Part shown: positions 18,756 through 28,923 of the stretch, piece by piece | Layout of the letters: every line of letters starts with the position of its first letter | Numbering within the stretch: the stretch's first letter is position 1 | Origin: Methanotrichaceae archaeon | Lineage (GTDB): Archaea; Halobacteriota; Methanosarcinia; Methanotrichales; Methanotrichaceae | DNA length: 64,000 nt | Assembly (NCBI GenBank): GCA_963803145.1 | Contig: CAWDLW010000011.1 | Location: forward strand, 1 to 64,000 | Direction of reading: 5' to 3' | Notes under the pieces: model-generated | The model's input: the letters and a program-made list of their open reading frames with translations, nothing else | Told to the model about the DNA's origin: nothing | Database searches by the model: none | Translations under genes and position numbers: made by a program

Positions 18756-18758
18756 TCG

Positions 18759-19930
18759 GGTAGTCTACCTTAGATAAGTTGTTATATTATCAACTGCAAT
18801 CATATAATTGGAGGAATACAATGATGAATGAACAATTGGTTCCTCCAAGCACGTTTTGCTGGAACCAAGAGTGTATCGACTATTGCAAAGTAAAAAATGA
18901 AAACATCATAAAATTTGGCCGAACCGCCAAAGGAACACAACGCTATCGATGTAAGACCTGTGGGAAGACATTCGTTGAAAACATAGGTACAGTATTCTAT
19001 GGTCGCCATCATAGCCAGGATACAATTCTAAAATGCTTAGCCTTGCTGGCCGAACGCAATAGTCTGGCATCCATCCATCGGGTTATGGGGATTAAAGAAG
19101 AAACAGTTATGGATTGGCTTCACGAAGCAGCTAGCCACGTTGAAGAGCTAGAGGCTCTAATGCTTGCAAACTATAAACTGACTCGTGTTCAACTGGATGC
19201 TATGTGGTCATACGTAGGAAATAAAGGCGAAAAGGGGGCTATCCAGAAGAGAACGATCGTGGTAGCTTCTGGCGCGGTACAACGATAGATATGGATACTC
19301 GCCTTAGAGTTGGGCGGTCAATCAGGAAGAGTGAAAGCGAAGTCTCTATGGAATTGATGGCCCAGTTGAAGGCTCGTGGTAATCCGGATAAACCTCCTGC
19401 TATCGCTACTGATGGCTATGATAGTTATCCGGAGGATATGCTTGAGACTTGGGGGAAAGTACCTGAATACTCTGGTAGAGGAAGACCGCCTACTCGAAAG
19501 AAGTCTGAGCCTGATTGGAAATGCATTCAGATAATCAAAACACGATCTGGAGGGCATCTTGTTAGTATCCACTACAAAGTTGTCTTTGGTGATACGAAAG
19601 GGGTCTGTGATCTAATGGGCACCCATACTGCCTATATCGAGAGGACTCATCTAACATCCAGACAGATGAATGGGCGATTTGTTAGAAAGACCATTTCTTT
19701 CTCTAAAGAGATCGAGATGCATAGGGTTTCTTGTGCCTGGGAAGATTGGGTTTATAATTTGGCCAGGCCTAACAAGTCGTTACGAATCGATTCAGCAGAA
19801 TCAAAGCGACGCTGGACGCAAAGATCTCCAGCTATGGCTGCAGGTTTGACTGATCATATTTGGACTATAAAAGAAATCCTTATGAATGTCGTGGTTCCAG
19901 ACGGGAGCAACATGAAATAGGTAGACTACC
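18759..19930 (+). mobile_element. IS1-family insertion sequence
   Basis: 12-bp perfect terminal inverted repeats GGTAGTCTACCT / AGGTAGACTACC; no matching target duplication on the flanks. Confidence 0.9.
18821..19920 (+). CDS. IS1-family transposase in two ORFs (to 19288; 19291-19920), joined by a probable -1 frameshift
   Basis: Zn ribbon (CWNQEC...QRYRCKTCGKTF) plus HTH; DDE part QLDAMWSYVG / IATDG / YIER; slippery A AAG GGG at 19230-19236. Confidence 0.88.
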
Positions 19931-20761
19931 GGTGATCGTTCTGGAACAAAATGGATGGGCGATAATGATATTCGTTTCCTTGTAGGATTAGGTTTACGAT
20001 TACTAATAGAAATTTGTTGGCAGAAAAAAGTGCTTCTAATTGGAATAGCAAAGGATAGTAATTCAAGATATTTCTTTAAAAATTTTCTATCCGTAATGCA
20101 TGCGAGCCAAATTATAAACGTGCCAAGTGCTCCTATAATTACAGGTACCGATCGTAGCATCTTGGAGATGCTGCCGAGAATTGATAGTAATCTCTCCGCA
20201 CCATGGAGTACGATTGAATTTGATGCTATATTCATGACACTTCGAGCTCTATTGGATGCGGATACAAGGCGCCCAAGAATTCAGGGTGTTCGAGGAGATG
20301 TTTTAGCTCCAAGCGATGGCCTCATTATGAGAAGTCTTGTTCAATTATTTTTATTGCATAGACCAAATAAAGATACGCCATTGATGGGGCATGTACTTTT
20401 TATGGACAGACTTGCATATCCCTACTTCGATTCTCCACATAGATATCGAGATTATATTGAAACTTGGAGAACCACTGATGAAGATATCATTAAGGGCGGA
20501 TCTAAAATCAAGCCAATGATATTTTTAAGCAACCAAGAATTAAATATAGCTCAAGAAATTTCTGCAATTTTAACTGAATTCTTAACGAAGAATTTTTTCC
20601 CAGAAGCTATTGGTCAACCTGATCCGCTACATCGAGCAGATCAAGGTGCCAAAGCATTAGGAAAGCAGATTCGCAGCCTTATTCTTGCAAGTACAATTTA
20701 TTTTAATAAAAATCCACTGGCTTTAAGTTTTCGCGATATGAGAGATAGGAGGGCACGATGA
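19931..20761 (+). pseudogene. NurA-like nuclease, 5'-truncated by IS1
   Basis: Frame is open right up to the IS end; LIGIAKDS and GQPDPLHRADQGAK match NurA motifs; the N-terminal catalytic DGS region is missing. Confidence 0.75.
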
Positions 20762-22773
20762 CTTCGCAATGGAGAGACGAAGCATGGAGCCGAGGAATAT
20801 TACTCGGATTGAAAGTTGACCCAAACACCGGATATAGGGCGATAGTATGGTTCGAATATACGCGTTATCTTTTTAATGAAATTCGGGAAGGAAGTCTAAT
20901 AGCGGTTCGTAATTTCTGTGATCAACGGCGAAATCCTGACGGGAGTCCGTGTGGAGGACGGAATGCCAGGGATGTGGGCTACGAAGGATATAGTATTCTC
21001 CAAATAGATCAGATTTATCCATGGCACTATGCCATGCAAGGTGATGGCGAACAAGGATATCCTGGATTTACTGTTCCTGCCACAGAAAGTGCAAGAACAG
21101 ATTGGATAGAAATGGATACAGAAAACCGTGATGATGTATCAAGGATTAAATGTGAAGCGATACCGCTAAGAATGGCGTTTGAAAATAATCCAAGTATCGT
21201 TGGCGTTCCAGAGGTTTTTTTCGATTATTCTATGCCCATGCCTGGCTTCGAGGCGAGACTCCTCACATCAGATATGACAAAAGAAATTCTAAATAAAGAT
21301 ATTGATAGGCTAGAAGCTCTAGAGCTTGGAAAACATATCGTTCAATATGATGTACCTATATTTATCCATCGAGGCGATCTATTAAGATTGCATTTCGGAA
21401 TATTTGGCTACACTGGCGCGGGAAAAAGCAATCTAGTAAGCAACTTAGTTCACAATCTTTTAGCTATTGTCCCAAAACCAAGTGATCAAGGTGCAAAAGT
21501 ATTTAGAATTGTTTTAATTGATCTAATGGATGAATATACAGGCCTTTTAATTGATAATCTATTAGGGCATAGGGATAGCCGCCTCATTGTCTGTGGCCGT
21601 AACGAATTGCCGAGAGCGGTACAAGAGGCATGTATCAGAGCAGCCTTCGATATGGGTGATAGAGCCCAAGTGGAACAACAAGCTAGAGATGCGGCAAATG
21701 ATTGGAGCCGGAGATTAATTCTGCCCGACGAATTGAAGTCGCTAAGCGAACGATATGCTGAAGCCCTAACAAATCTTATTCTTGAACGACGAGTTTTGTT
21801 TTACGAATCAGATCAAGAACAAGGACTCGCATTTAGCATAGATCCTAATATCTTGAATGCGCTTATTGGTCAACAGGCTTACGGATCTGGTGCTCCAGGG
21901 ACGGCTACACGAAATCAAAGAGTACCGGCATTAATCAATGAATTGACTCAACCGATTCGAAATGCGAGGAGGGTTCAAGGATATGAAAGAGATCAGGTGC
22001 TCGAATTTGTAATAAGGCGCTTAGAGACCGAAAAACAATTCATGCCCGCTAAAAATGCCAGAGATGCAATCGATAATTTTATACATACAGTTGAAGCTCA
22101 TATGCATACTAGAGGCGCACTCCCTCAGAATATCGCTATAACTCCTTCTGATTTATCTGCTCAACTAAATGTCCGTCCTAATAATCAAGACCCCTTGATT
22201 CATCCATCCCTGACTATTGTTATTGGCGAAGATGAAAGCCACATAGCTAATTTTATTAGCCAGCTTGTTGATGATTGTTTTGAACAGAGAAGAGACGAAA
22301 GCATCCTCTACCCTACAATTAGTTTCATTTTCGATGAAGCGGATGTCTTTATTGGCCAAGGAAATCCCATTCTAGAAGATCAAACGACAATGCTAGCTAG
22401 ACGAGGACGCAAGTTTGGCTTAGGGATTGGTATAGCAACCCAACGGATTGCTTATTTAAATACATCGATCATGGCTCAACCCCACACGTATTTTATAAGC
22501 AAACTCCCAAGAAAATCAGATAGAAGCATAATTGCCGAAGCATTTGCGATTTCAGAAGAGACCCTCAAGCAGACTTTCAGTTTTACAAAAGGTCAGTGGT
22601 TGGTCACAAGTCATGATGCAACAGGCTTGAAAAGTATACCGTTCCCTGTACAAGCGCCAAATGCTAATGAAAGGGTTAGGGTTTGGCTTGATCCTACTGT
22701 ATCTCAGGAGATATTCGATAGATTAGAACCAAATGGACGCCAACAACTGCCATGGTTAAATTATTTGGGATAG
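20758..22773 (+). CDS. HerA/FtsK-family ATPase (DUF87 type), intact
   Basis: HFGIFGYTGAGKS Walker A, FIFDEAD Walker B, RRGRKFGLGIGIATQR; N-terminal barrel-like region; ATGA overlap with the nurA-like stop. Confidence 0.92.
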   Translation: MTSQWRDEAWSRGILLGLKVDPNTGYRAIVWFEYTRYLFNEIREGSLIAVRNFCDQRRNPDGSPCGGRNARDVGYEGYSILQIDQIYPWHYAMQGDGEQGYPGFTVPATESARTDWIEMDTENRDDVSRIKCEAIPLRMAFENNPSIVGVPEVFFDYSMPMPGFEARLLTSDMTKEILNKDIDRLEALELGKHIVQYDVPIFIHRGDLLRLHFGIFGYTGAGKSNLVSNLVHNLLAIVPKPSDQGAKVFRIVLIDLMDEYTGLLIDNLLGHRDSRLIVCGRNELPRAVQEACIRAAFDMGDRAQVEQQARDAANDWSRRLILPDELKSLSERYAEALTNLILERRVLFYESDQEQGLAFSIDPNILNALIGQQAYGSGAPGTATRNQRVPALINELTQPIRNARRVQGYERDQVLEFVIRRLETEKQFMPAKNARDAIDNFIHTVEAHMHTRGALPQNIAITPSDLSAQLNVRPNNQDPLIHPSLTIVIGEDESHIANFISQLVDDCFEQRRDESILYPTISFIFDEADVFIGQGNPILEDQTTMLARRGRKFGLGIGIATQRIAYLNTSIMAQPHTYFISKLPRKSDRSIIAEAFAISEETLKQTFSFTKGQWLVTSHDATGLKSIPFPVQAPNANERVRVWLDPTVSQEIFDRLEPNGRQQLPWLNYLG

Positions 22774-23000
22774 ATCAGAATGATTCCATTTTTAGTTGTA
22801 GATAGACCCGCATCATTACGAATCATTAAGGGATCAAATCCAAATGGCCCGATCGGCCTAATGAGTCATGCAAATGCGAGCCCTCTATTTATAAAACTTT
22901 TCAAGAGCTATCCCTGTGGGGAAGGATTTTGCCATGCCCTTGATAAAAACGGGGAAAAAAATTGTCCATATTCAAGTGAATTTATTAGATGTAGACAAGC

Positions 23001-24138
23001 GAGGATTCCTATTTACTTGTATCCTAAGGGCGGTTTTTTTAAATCGACTCTAGATTTGCCTTACGATGTTCGCTATTCTTGGTCTAACCTGTTTTTTTTC
23101 AGTTAATTCTCGATAGCATCCGCTATCCCTAAATGACATTTGCCTTTTTAAGAGTACAAAGCTGATACAAGTTAAAAGCGAAAGCGGTAACTATCATTTT
23201 CACATGCACTCTTCTGACTGATGTAACAAGCACTCTTCCAGCCTCGAAAACCCTCTTGATTACAGCATGGGGCCTTTCGCCAGGCGATCTGAGGATACTG
23301 ATCAACTGATTGCGTTCTTTATCAAGATCAGAAAGAGGTTTATCAGTAGTCCTGCGCTTCATTGTAAAATCAATACCTTTGGCCTTCACACCGAAATATC
23401 CTCTATCTCTGAAAACTGGCACGCCAGGGATAGAGAGATCAACCTGACTGTCATGCAGTGATGCAGTCGAGGTCTCTATATCACGTATTAGGCTGTAATC
23501 GATATCAGTTATTTGATGTAACTTATATCCGAAGTGAGTTTCATTGCCTTTCTTAGCCCATGTGCCATCCTTGCTGCGACGTGTCTTAGCCTCATCGCCA
23601 CGTGGTTTCTTTGACTCCGATGATCCTGGATCTGCTTCTATAAAGGTAGCATCCTGAACAATTCCGCGTCTGATCTTCAATCCTTTTGCATCCAACTGTC
23701 TTTGAAGTTCAGCCCAAACAAGCCTATCTGTTCCTGTCTCCGCCATTCGTTCTTTGAATGACCATATAGTTCTGGAATCAGGGAACTGATCAGGAAAACC
23801 AAGAAATGCCATAAATGATATGCGATCAGCCATTTGCCGTTCAACAGCCAGATCGCTCAGGCCATACCACTGCTGGAGAATCAGGATCCTGAACATTAGA
23901 ATAACATCACAGTTGGGCCTTCCGCCCTTCTCGGTCTTATTAGTATACATCCCTTCCAGAAGAGGACGAAAGGGAACCCAATTGATCAATCCAGATACTT
24001 GAGCTAATTTAGACTCCTCTTGCTTTGCATTTAGACCTTTCAATACCCAAGTAGTAAAAGAATCCATAACAATAAATACTATTTGCTGTATTTAACACTT
24101 TCGATGCTAAAGCAGGGGGTAGGTTTATAGGAATCCTC
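23001..24138 (-). mobile_element. IS5-family insertion sequence
   Basis: Terminal inverted repeats GAGGATTCCTAT / ATAGGAATCCTC; 4-bp target duplication AAGC at 22997-23000 and 24139-24142. Confidence 0.95.
23129..24067 (-). CDS. IS5-family transposase
   Basis: LQQWYGLSD, QDATFIEA, FGYKLH, DRGYFG and RSPGERPHAVIK motifs. Confidence 0.95.
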   Translation of the reverse strand: MDSFTTWVLKGLNAKQEESKLAQVSGLINWVPFRPLLEGMYTNKTEKGGRPNCDVILMFRILILQQWYGLSDLAVERQMADRISFMAFLGFPDQFPDSRTIWSFKERMAETGTDRLVWAELQRQLDAKGLKIRRGIVQDATFIEADPGSSESKKPRGDEAKTRRSKDGTWAKKGNETHFGYKLHQITDIDYSLIRDIETSTASLHDSQVDLSIPGVPVFRDRGYFGVKAKGIDFTMKRRTTDKPLSDLDKERNQLISILRSPGERPHAVIKRVFEAGRVLVTSVRRVHVKMIVTAFAFNLYQLCTLKKANVI

Positions 24139-25399
24139 AAGCAGAGCATATAATAAAAAACACCATAAAAATATGCGATTGTGGTATGTTCACAAAGGAA
24201 GGCGCTAGGTTTTCCTATGAAGATCTATTTAGCATATACGAAAAAATGGGCGCAGATTATGGTATCATGATAGATGTCTTTAAAGATAGAGAAGCAACTT
24301 TGAAAAGTGCGAGAAATGCAATTGATATTTATAACAAGCATAATTATAAATTTAAATTGGTTTTAGTTGCCCAGGGGACTAGTGTAGAAGAATATGTTAA
24401 ATCGTATGAGGATCTATTAAACCTAGGAAGCGATTTTATTGCCGTAGGTGGTCTTCTTAAGAGACGCAAGAATACTGCGAGATATGTATATGTAGAAAGC
24501 TTGGGATTTATGAGCGATGTTCTTAAGTCGTTACGCAATGAATTTGATCCCAGTTGGCTATTTGCGTTAGGATGCTATCACCCTAAAAGGCATAAGATGT
24601 TCGAAGAATATGGGGTATGGGGTAGCGATTATAAAGGATGGATTTTTCAATATAAAAAGCGTGAGCGCTTGATACAAATTCATTGGGAAAATATAATTAA
24701 ACAGCTTAACGAAGTAGTTGGGGAAAATAGTGAGGCTACATTATCTTCATTTGCAGTTGAGATAAAAAAAAGGCGTGCAAAATTAATTAAGTACGAAAAG
24801 AAAGATTATAATAAATCGCGAAGGAATTTACCTGTTAAAGACAGAAATCCATTGTTCATAAAATTAGATTCTAAATTAATCCATGTGTTAAGTGATATTC
24901 AATCAGTATTATATTTGGATGGGTCTAGTTCTGTCATTGAAAATGAATTGAATTCTATAATATTACTAGCATCAACATCCGAACAACAAATTAGGTTTAA
25001 TCAATTGAGAAATTTAATCCGAAATCTCTCTTCAGTTAGGTCTAACATATAATCCAAAGCAAAGACCCTTATAAGAACTAGGATTTATTAAACAGGTACG
25101 AAGAACATCCTAATTTTAAAAAAATAATATTTTATCCCATATTTCGCAGTATTGATTTTCAAAATCTATAATTTTCATGAAACTTAGGTCAAATTAATAT
25201 TTACAATTTGCTGGTCAAATCGCTATTTCACACAAAAAAGAGGTGCCAAGATAACTGGCTCAAATAGTTTCTATTTTTCAAGTTGTTTACTTAAATTCGT
25301 TATTAGGATTCAATGTGCAAATTTAAATTAGCTTGAAAATTATTTTTGCTTGAAATGAAAGTGCGGAATGTGGGTTTTATCGATTTAAGAGGGCACAAA

Positions 25400-25475
25400 A
25401 ACGTGCGAGGGTTCACTTTATCCCCGAACTTTAGGTCGTGGTATTCGTTACCCTCGGCGTTCCAGAAGTAATAAA
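25400..25475. mobile_element. Possible IS200/IS605-type end or MITE remnant (nested hairpin)
   Basis: CGAGGGT (25406-25412) / ACCCTCG (25450-25456) enclose an imperfect inner hairpin; no transposase nearby. Confidence 0.3.
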
Positions 25476-25956
25476 TATATCATATGGAGTTAATACATAT
25501 AAATCTATTTAATCTTCATTGATATAGAATCCCCCCTATACCGATCAACATTGTCCACAATATGAGGAGATCCCCAAAGCCTCAGCCTTCAGCTTTCTTG
25601 CCTTCTTCAGTGCCTCAGACTGACTCATCTTTCCACAACTCCCTAAATATCTAGTGATAATCCTATTGCCTCCTGCCAGGAGCAAACCCACTTGAGATAA
25701 TTTCGATCGCCTTTCTTACCCTCTATCCAGCAATCTTCTCATCAATCGCTGATATCTCAAAGATTCGAATTTTGTAGCCGTTACACTATTCGCGATAACC
25801 ACACGATCGATCATATCATTTACCGCACTTTCAGGCTTGAAATCATTGGCGGTAACTATGCCGCAGCTCCTATTCACGCCTATGGTAAAATAAAGTGCAT
25901 AATAAATAGGAACATAGATCTTTAAACCAGTAAAGCCAGTAATTAAGGGGATATTA

Positions 25957-26466
25957 TTGAAGATAGAATCAATATTGTGTATAGTGCTAGTATCGCTAAT
26001 GTTCCCTACTGCTATGGCGGCAATAGGTTCTACAAGTGATACCACGCCGCCGAGCGTTATTAGTTTCAATTTTGGACCGAGGTTGGTAGATATATATAGC
26101 GGATCTCAGAATATCACATTCACAGTAAGATTGAAAGATGACTTAAGTGGTATTTCTGACGGAGAACTAGATGGAAATCCAGTAATCCCATCACAGGCAC
26201 GTTTCTATAGTGAATCGGGCGATAATTATCTTACTGTTGATTTTCGGTCACCGTCTAATGATCCCAAGTTTAACAATTCCAACCTTGTTTCGGGGAATAA
26301 GTTAGACGGTACTTATATTAGTAACATGGTTGTGCCAAGAGATGCTGAGCCTGGCAATTGGACACTCGAATACCTCTCGGTAGTTGATGAGGCGAACAAC
26401 AAGAGGGAATACGACACATACAAAATGTTTACGATGGGATTTCCAATCGAATTTTGGGTTGTATAA
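25957..26466 (+). CDS. Exported hypothetical protein (beta-rich, Ig-like)
   Basis: Signal peptide followed by DTTPP...DDLSG...GNWTLEYLSVVDEANN. Confidence 0.75.
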   Translation: MKIESILCIVLVSLMFPTAMAAIGSTSDTTPPSVISFNFGPRLVDIYSGSQNITFTVRLKDDLSGISDGELDGNPVIPSQARFYSESGDNYLTVDFRSPSNDPKFNNSNLVSGNKLDGTYISNMVVPRDAEPGNWTLEYLSVVDEANNKREYDTYKMFTMGFPIEFWVV

Positions 26467-26854
26467 GGAAATCGCATATAGCGGTTTCCTTTGTTTTGGA
26501 TAATATTGTAAACTCGATATGCTTTGACTACGAACTATGAACCTTTTGAAGTTGTATGTAGTAATCCTGTATGTTATGTATAGCAAATTGTACAACTTGC
26601 AGACCTCTGCAAAATCGGCCTAACGTCTATTCTACCTAGCCAATCATTCACATGCTTTATGGAATAAATTTTCGACAATTGCCCGAATACGATTTTTCGG
26701 CAGCGACTAAAACAAAAATGCGCTGTATAATCCGGAGCGCACACTCATGCCTTCACAGGTCGGATAGATGTTTATAAAAATGTGATACGGCTTCGAAGAT
26801 GCCAAAAATTGAAGGGACGGGCTTACAGGTTACGCGTACCCATGGGAGGTAGGG

Positions 26855-27187
26855 TCAGCCTGTATACCCCAAATCCTTGGCCTTGGCATAGGCTTCATTA
26901 GCTTCTTCGGTGCGGCCTAATGTATTGAGGATCATGGCTTTGCCGCTCCAGGCGTATGTATATTGGGGATCAATCTTCATGGCCTGATCAAAAGCTTGGT
27001 CATCAAAGAACAGAAAAGCGGTAGTTCCTCTTGATGTCTGCCAGCCTGTTGGATATTCAACTGTAAAGAATGGTCCATCCTAAATGGAATATTCGATCGC
27101 TTTCGCAATGGAAATAGGCGTTATATATAAAGCCAAAATCGAACATATACATAACGCCAAAGCTAAAATCCTCTTTCTGCGTTCCAC
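26855..27187 (-). pseudogene. Decayed exported TPR protein (internal TAG, probable internal deletion)
   Basis: GTG start, signal peptide, TAG at 27080-27082, then FTVEYPTGW and one TPR (AFDQAMKIDPQYTYAWSGKA...AKAKDLGYTG*). Confidence 0.7.
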
Positions 27188-27330
27188 GAATTATCCCTCT
27201 GGGTTTTAGGTATCACCCTGGCAATTCACTTTCCAAAGATAAATACTTTCAAGCCTTTTGCAGTTACCAGTAATCAGATATGAACAAGAATGGATAGAAA
27301 ATTAGAGAATGAAACAATAGTACTGTGAGG

Positions 27331-27671
27331 TTTTAGGCGAGCCAAACGCAGATTCACAGCGCCCTCCTCAGAGGGATCAACCACGGTAGTGGCGATCTTG
27401 AGACTCGCCTCGCACCTTCACACAGGCAATGCGAGACAGCACTGGTATCTGGCACAGCGCCCTTATTACAGGGACTCATTCATCAAGGATGAGGAGCCTG
27501 CACCCGCCTCGCCTGCACACATTCGATTCTCGCCGCGTTTATATACGAACTGAACGATGTATGCCTTAACTCGCTTTCGCCGAAAACTTCGCTGTTAAGC
27601 AAGGCGCTCCATTGAGGGTGGACATACGGCCCTCGGAACTTAATCGGCTACAGCCCTGTATCGCGGCAAAC
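27331..27671 (-). ncRNA. Candidate structured non-coding RNA of unknown family (~340 nt)
   Basis: GC-rich, no long ORF, two closed domains with at least 7 hairpins; BRE/TATA about 22 nt upstream on the minus strand. Confidence 0.6.
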
Positions 27672-27692
27672 TAACTATATTATCGTTATAGA

Positions 27693-27707
27693 TATTTATA
27701 CTTTTTG
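27693..27707 (-). promoter_or_regulatory. BRE/TATA promoter for the ncRNA candidate
   Basis: Minus strand reads CAAAAAG-TATAAATA. Confidence 0.6.
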
Positions 27708-27789
27708 GTAGAGTTTTAAATTTCCGCTTATAATGGAAATCAGAAATTAAGCAGCCACCCATGTGAAAGATTTCTCCATAATAGTACCG

Positions 27790-27977
27790 AAGAAGTCAGT
27801 TGAAGGATCTGAAGTCTAGAGCGAAGGTTCCGCAGGTTTGCAAAGGCTCAAGCCAGAAAAGCGAAGTTGGACAAGTGGATCTGGATAAGCTTGAGCGTGA
27901 TATCGAGGAAGAAGGCAATCGGGTTGCGCGAGAGAAGTACAAGATTTTTGCTGGACACTAATGTCTTTAGACTATAA
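27790..27977 (+). pseudogene. Remnant of an antitoxin/PIN-toxin (VapBC-like) pair
   Basis: Acidic antitoxin-like tail ...LDKLERDIEEEGNRVAREKYKIFAGH* overlaps a TTG-started RERSTRFLLDTNVF (PIN N-terminus) that stops two codons later. Confidence 0.55.
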
Positions 27978-28047
27978 TCGCTTAAATTTTCAGATAACAC
28001 ATTTATAGCAAATGCCATCATTTTCTAAAAGTACGAAGTGATAATAA

Positions 28048-28923
28048 ATGAGTATAAAGAAAAATACAGAAAAGAGCATATTCAGCCTTGTCGCAGTGAC
28101 GATCGCAGCCTCTCTATTTTTTTGCACCATCGCCGCCTCAGGCCAGGCTGTACCTAACGGCAATGCATCGGCTGCAAATAATTCTGCCGCCGATATGACC
28201 TTCAAGCTCCTTCAGATCCAGGCGGATGTGCAGGGGAGCCTGAACGATTTGGATGCAGATGTGGCAAATGCATCTCAGAATCTCTCGGCAACGGGCCTTG
28301 AGGGCGACGCAGCTCGTGGAGTTCTGAGCAAGCTGATGGAAACTAACACAAACCTGGTCGAAGCAGTGACGGTCAGCAAGAATGGAACGATCGCTGTGGC
28401 TGAATGCAAAGACTGCGAGGGCGGCGAAGGCGCTAACATAAGCAACCAGGAGCATATAGCCCATATTCTGAAGGATAAAACACCAGCGTTCAGCGACGAG
28501 TTCCTGCTTGTGGAAGGATATAATGGCACTGCTCTCGCATATCCAGTCTTCTCTCCGCAAGGTGAGCTATTGGGCGGCATCAGCACAATCATCAAGCCTG
28601 ATAGTCTGGTAAATGCCAACGTGGCTCCAAAGCTGAACGGCACAAACTACAGCTTCTGGGTGATGCAGCTGGATGGCCTGATTGCCTACGACAGAGATTC
28701 AAGCCAGATTGGGAAATATCTATTCGAAGATCCGCTTTATAAATCATTCACAAGCCTTCTGGCCTTGGGACATACTATGGTGGCTGAGAGGTCGGGGCAT
28801 GGCAACTACAGCTTCCAGGTCACTGAGGGCAATAAGACTGTAGTAACCAAGGATGTCTACTGGACTACTGTTGGGCTTCATGGGAAGGAATGGCGGCTTG
28901 CCATCACCAGGATAATGAGCTGA
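28048..28923 (+). CDS. Exported Cache-domain protein
   Basis: Signal peptide; AYPVFSPQGELLGGIS, WVMQLDGLIAYD and EWRLAIT motifs. Confidence 0.8.
   Translation: MSIKKNTEKSIFSLVAVTIAASLFFCTIAASGQAVPNGNASAANNSAADMTFKLLQIQADVQGSLNDLDADVANASQNLSATGLEGDAARGVLSKLMETNTNLVEAVTVSKNGTIAVAECKDCEGGEGANISNQEHIAHILKDKTPAFSDEFLLVEGYNGTALAYPVFSPQGELLGGISTIIKPDSLVNANVAPKLNGTNYSFWVMQLDGLIAYDRDSSQIGKYLFEDPLYKSFTSLLALGHTMVAERSGHGNYSFQVTEGNKTVVTKDVYWTTVGLHGKEWRLAITRIMS

Larger units (their letters stand above)
22780..25052 (+). pseudogene. tRNA-guanine transglycosylase-like (TGT-fold) protein, 376 aa when rebuilt, interrupted by IS5
   Basis: Removing 23001-24142 joins ...FIRCRQA to EHIIKNTIKICDCGMFTKEG in frame. 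Motifs DCGMF, GIMID, LVAQG, AVGGL, LFALG and GSDY follow TGT barrel order. Confidence 0.78.

Noticed and set aside
23001-23106. C-terminal part of the 108-aa ORF at 22780-23106
   Set aside because: It is read-through into IS5 sequence, not part of the real protein.
25716-26069. 117-aa minus-strand ORF
   Set aside because: It overlaps the start of the exported protein at 25957 and has no recognisable motif; at most a gene fragment.
27080-27082. In-frame TAG as possible pyrrolysine readthrough
   Set aside because: The gene also looks internally deleted, it is not a methylamine methyltransferase, and no pyl genes are visible; a pseudogene is the simpler reading.
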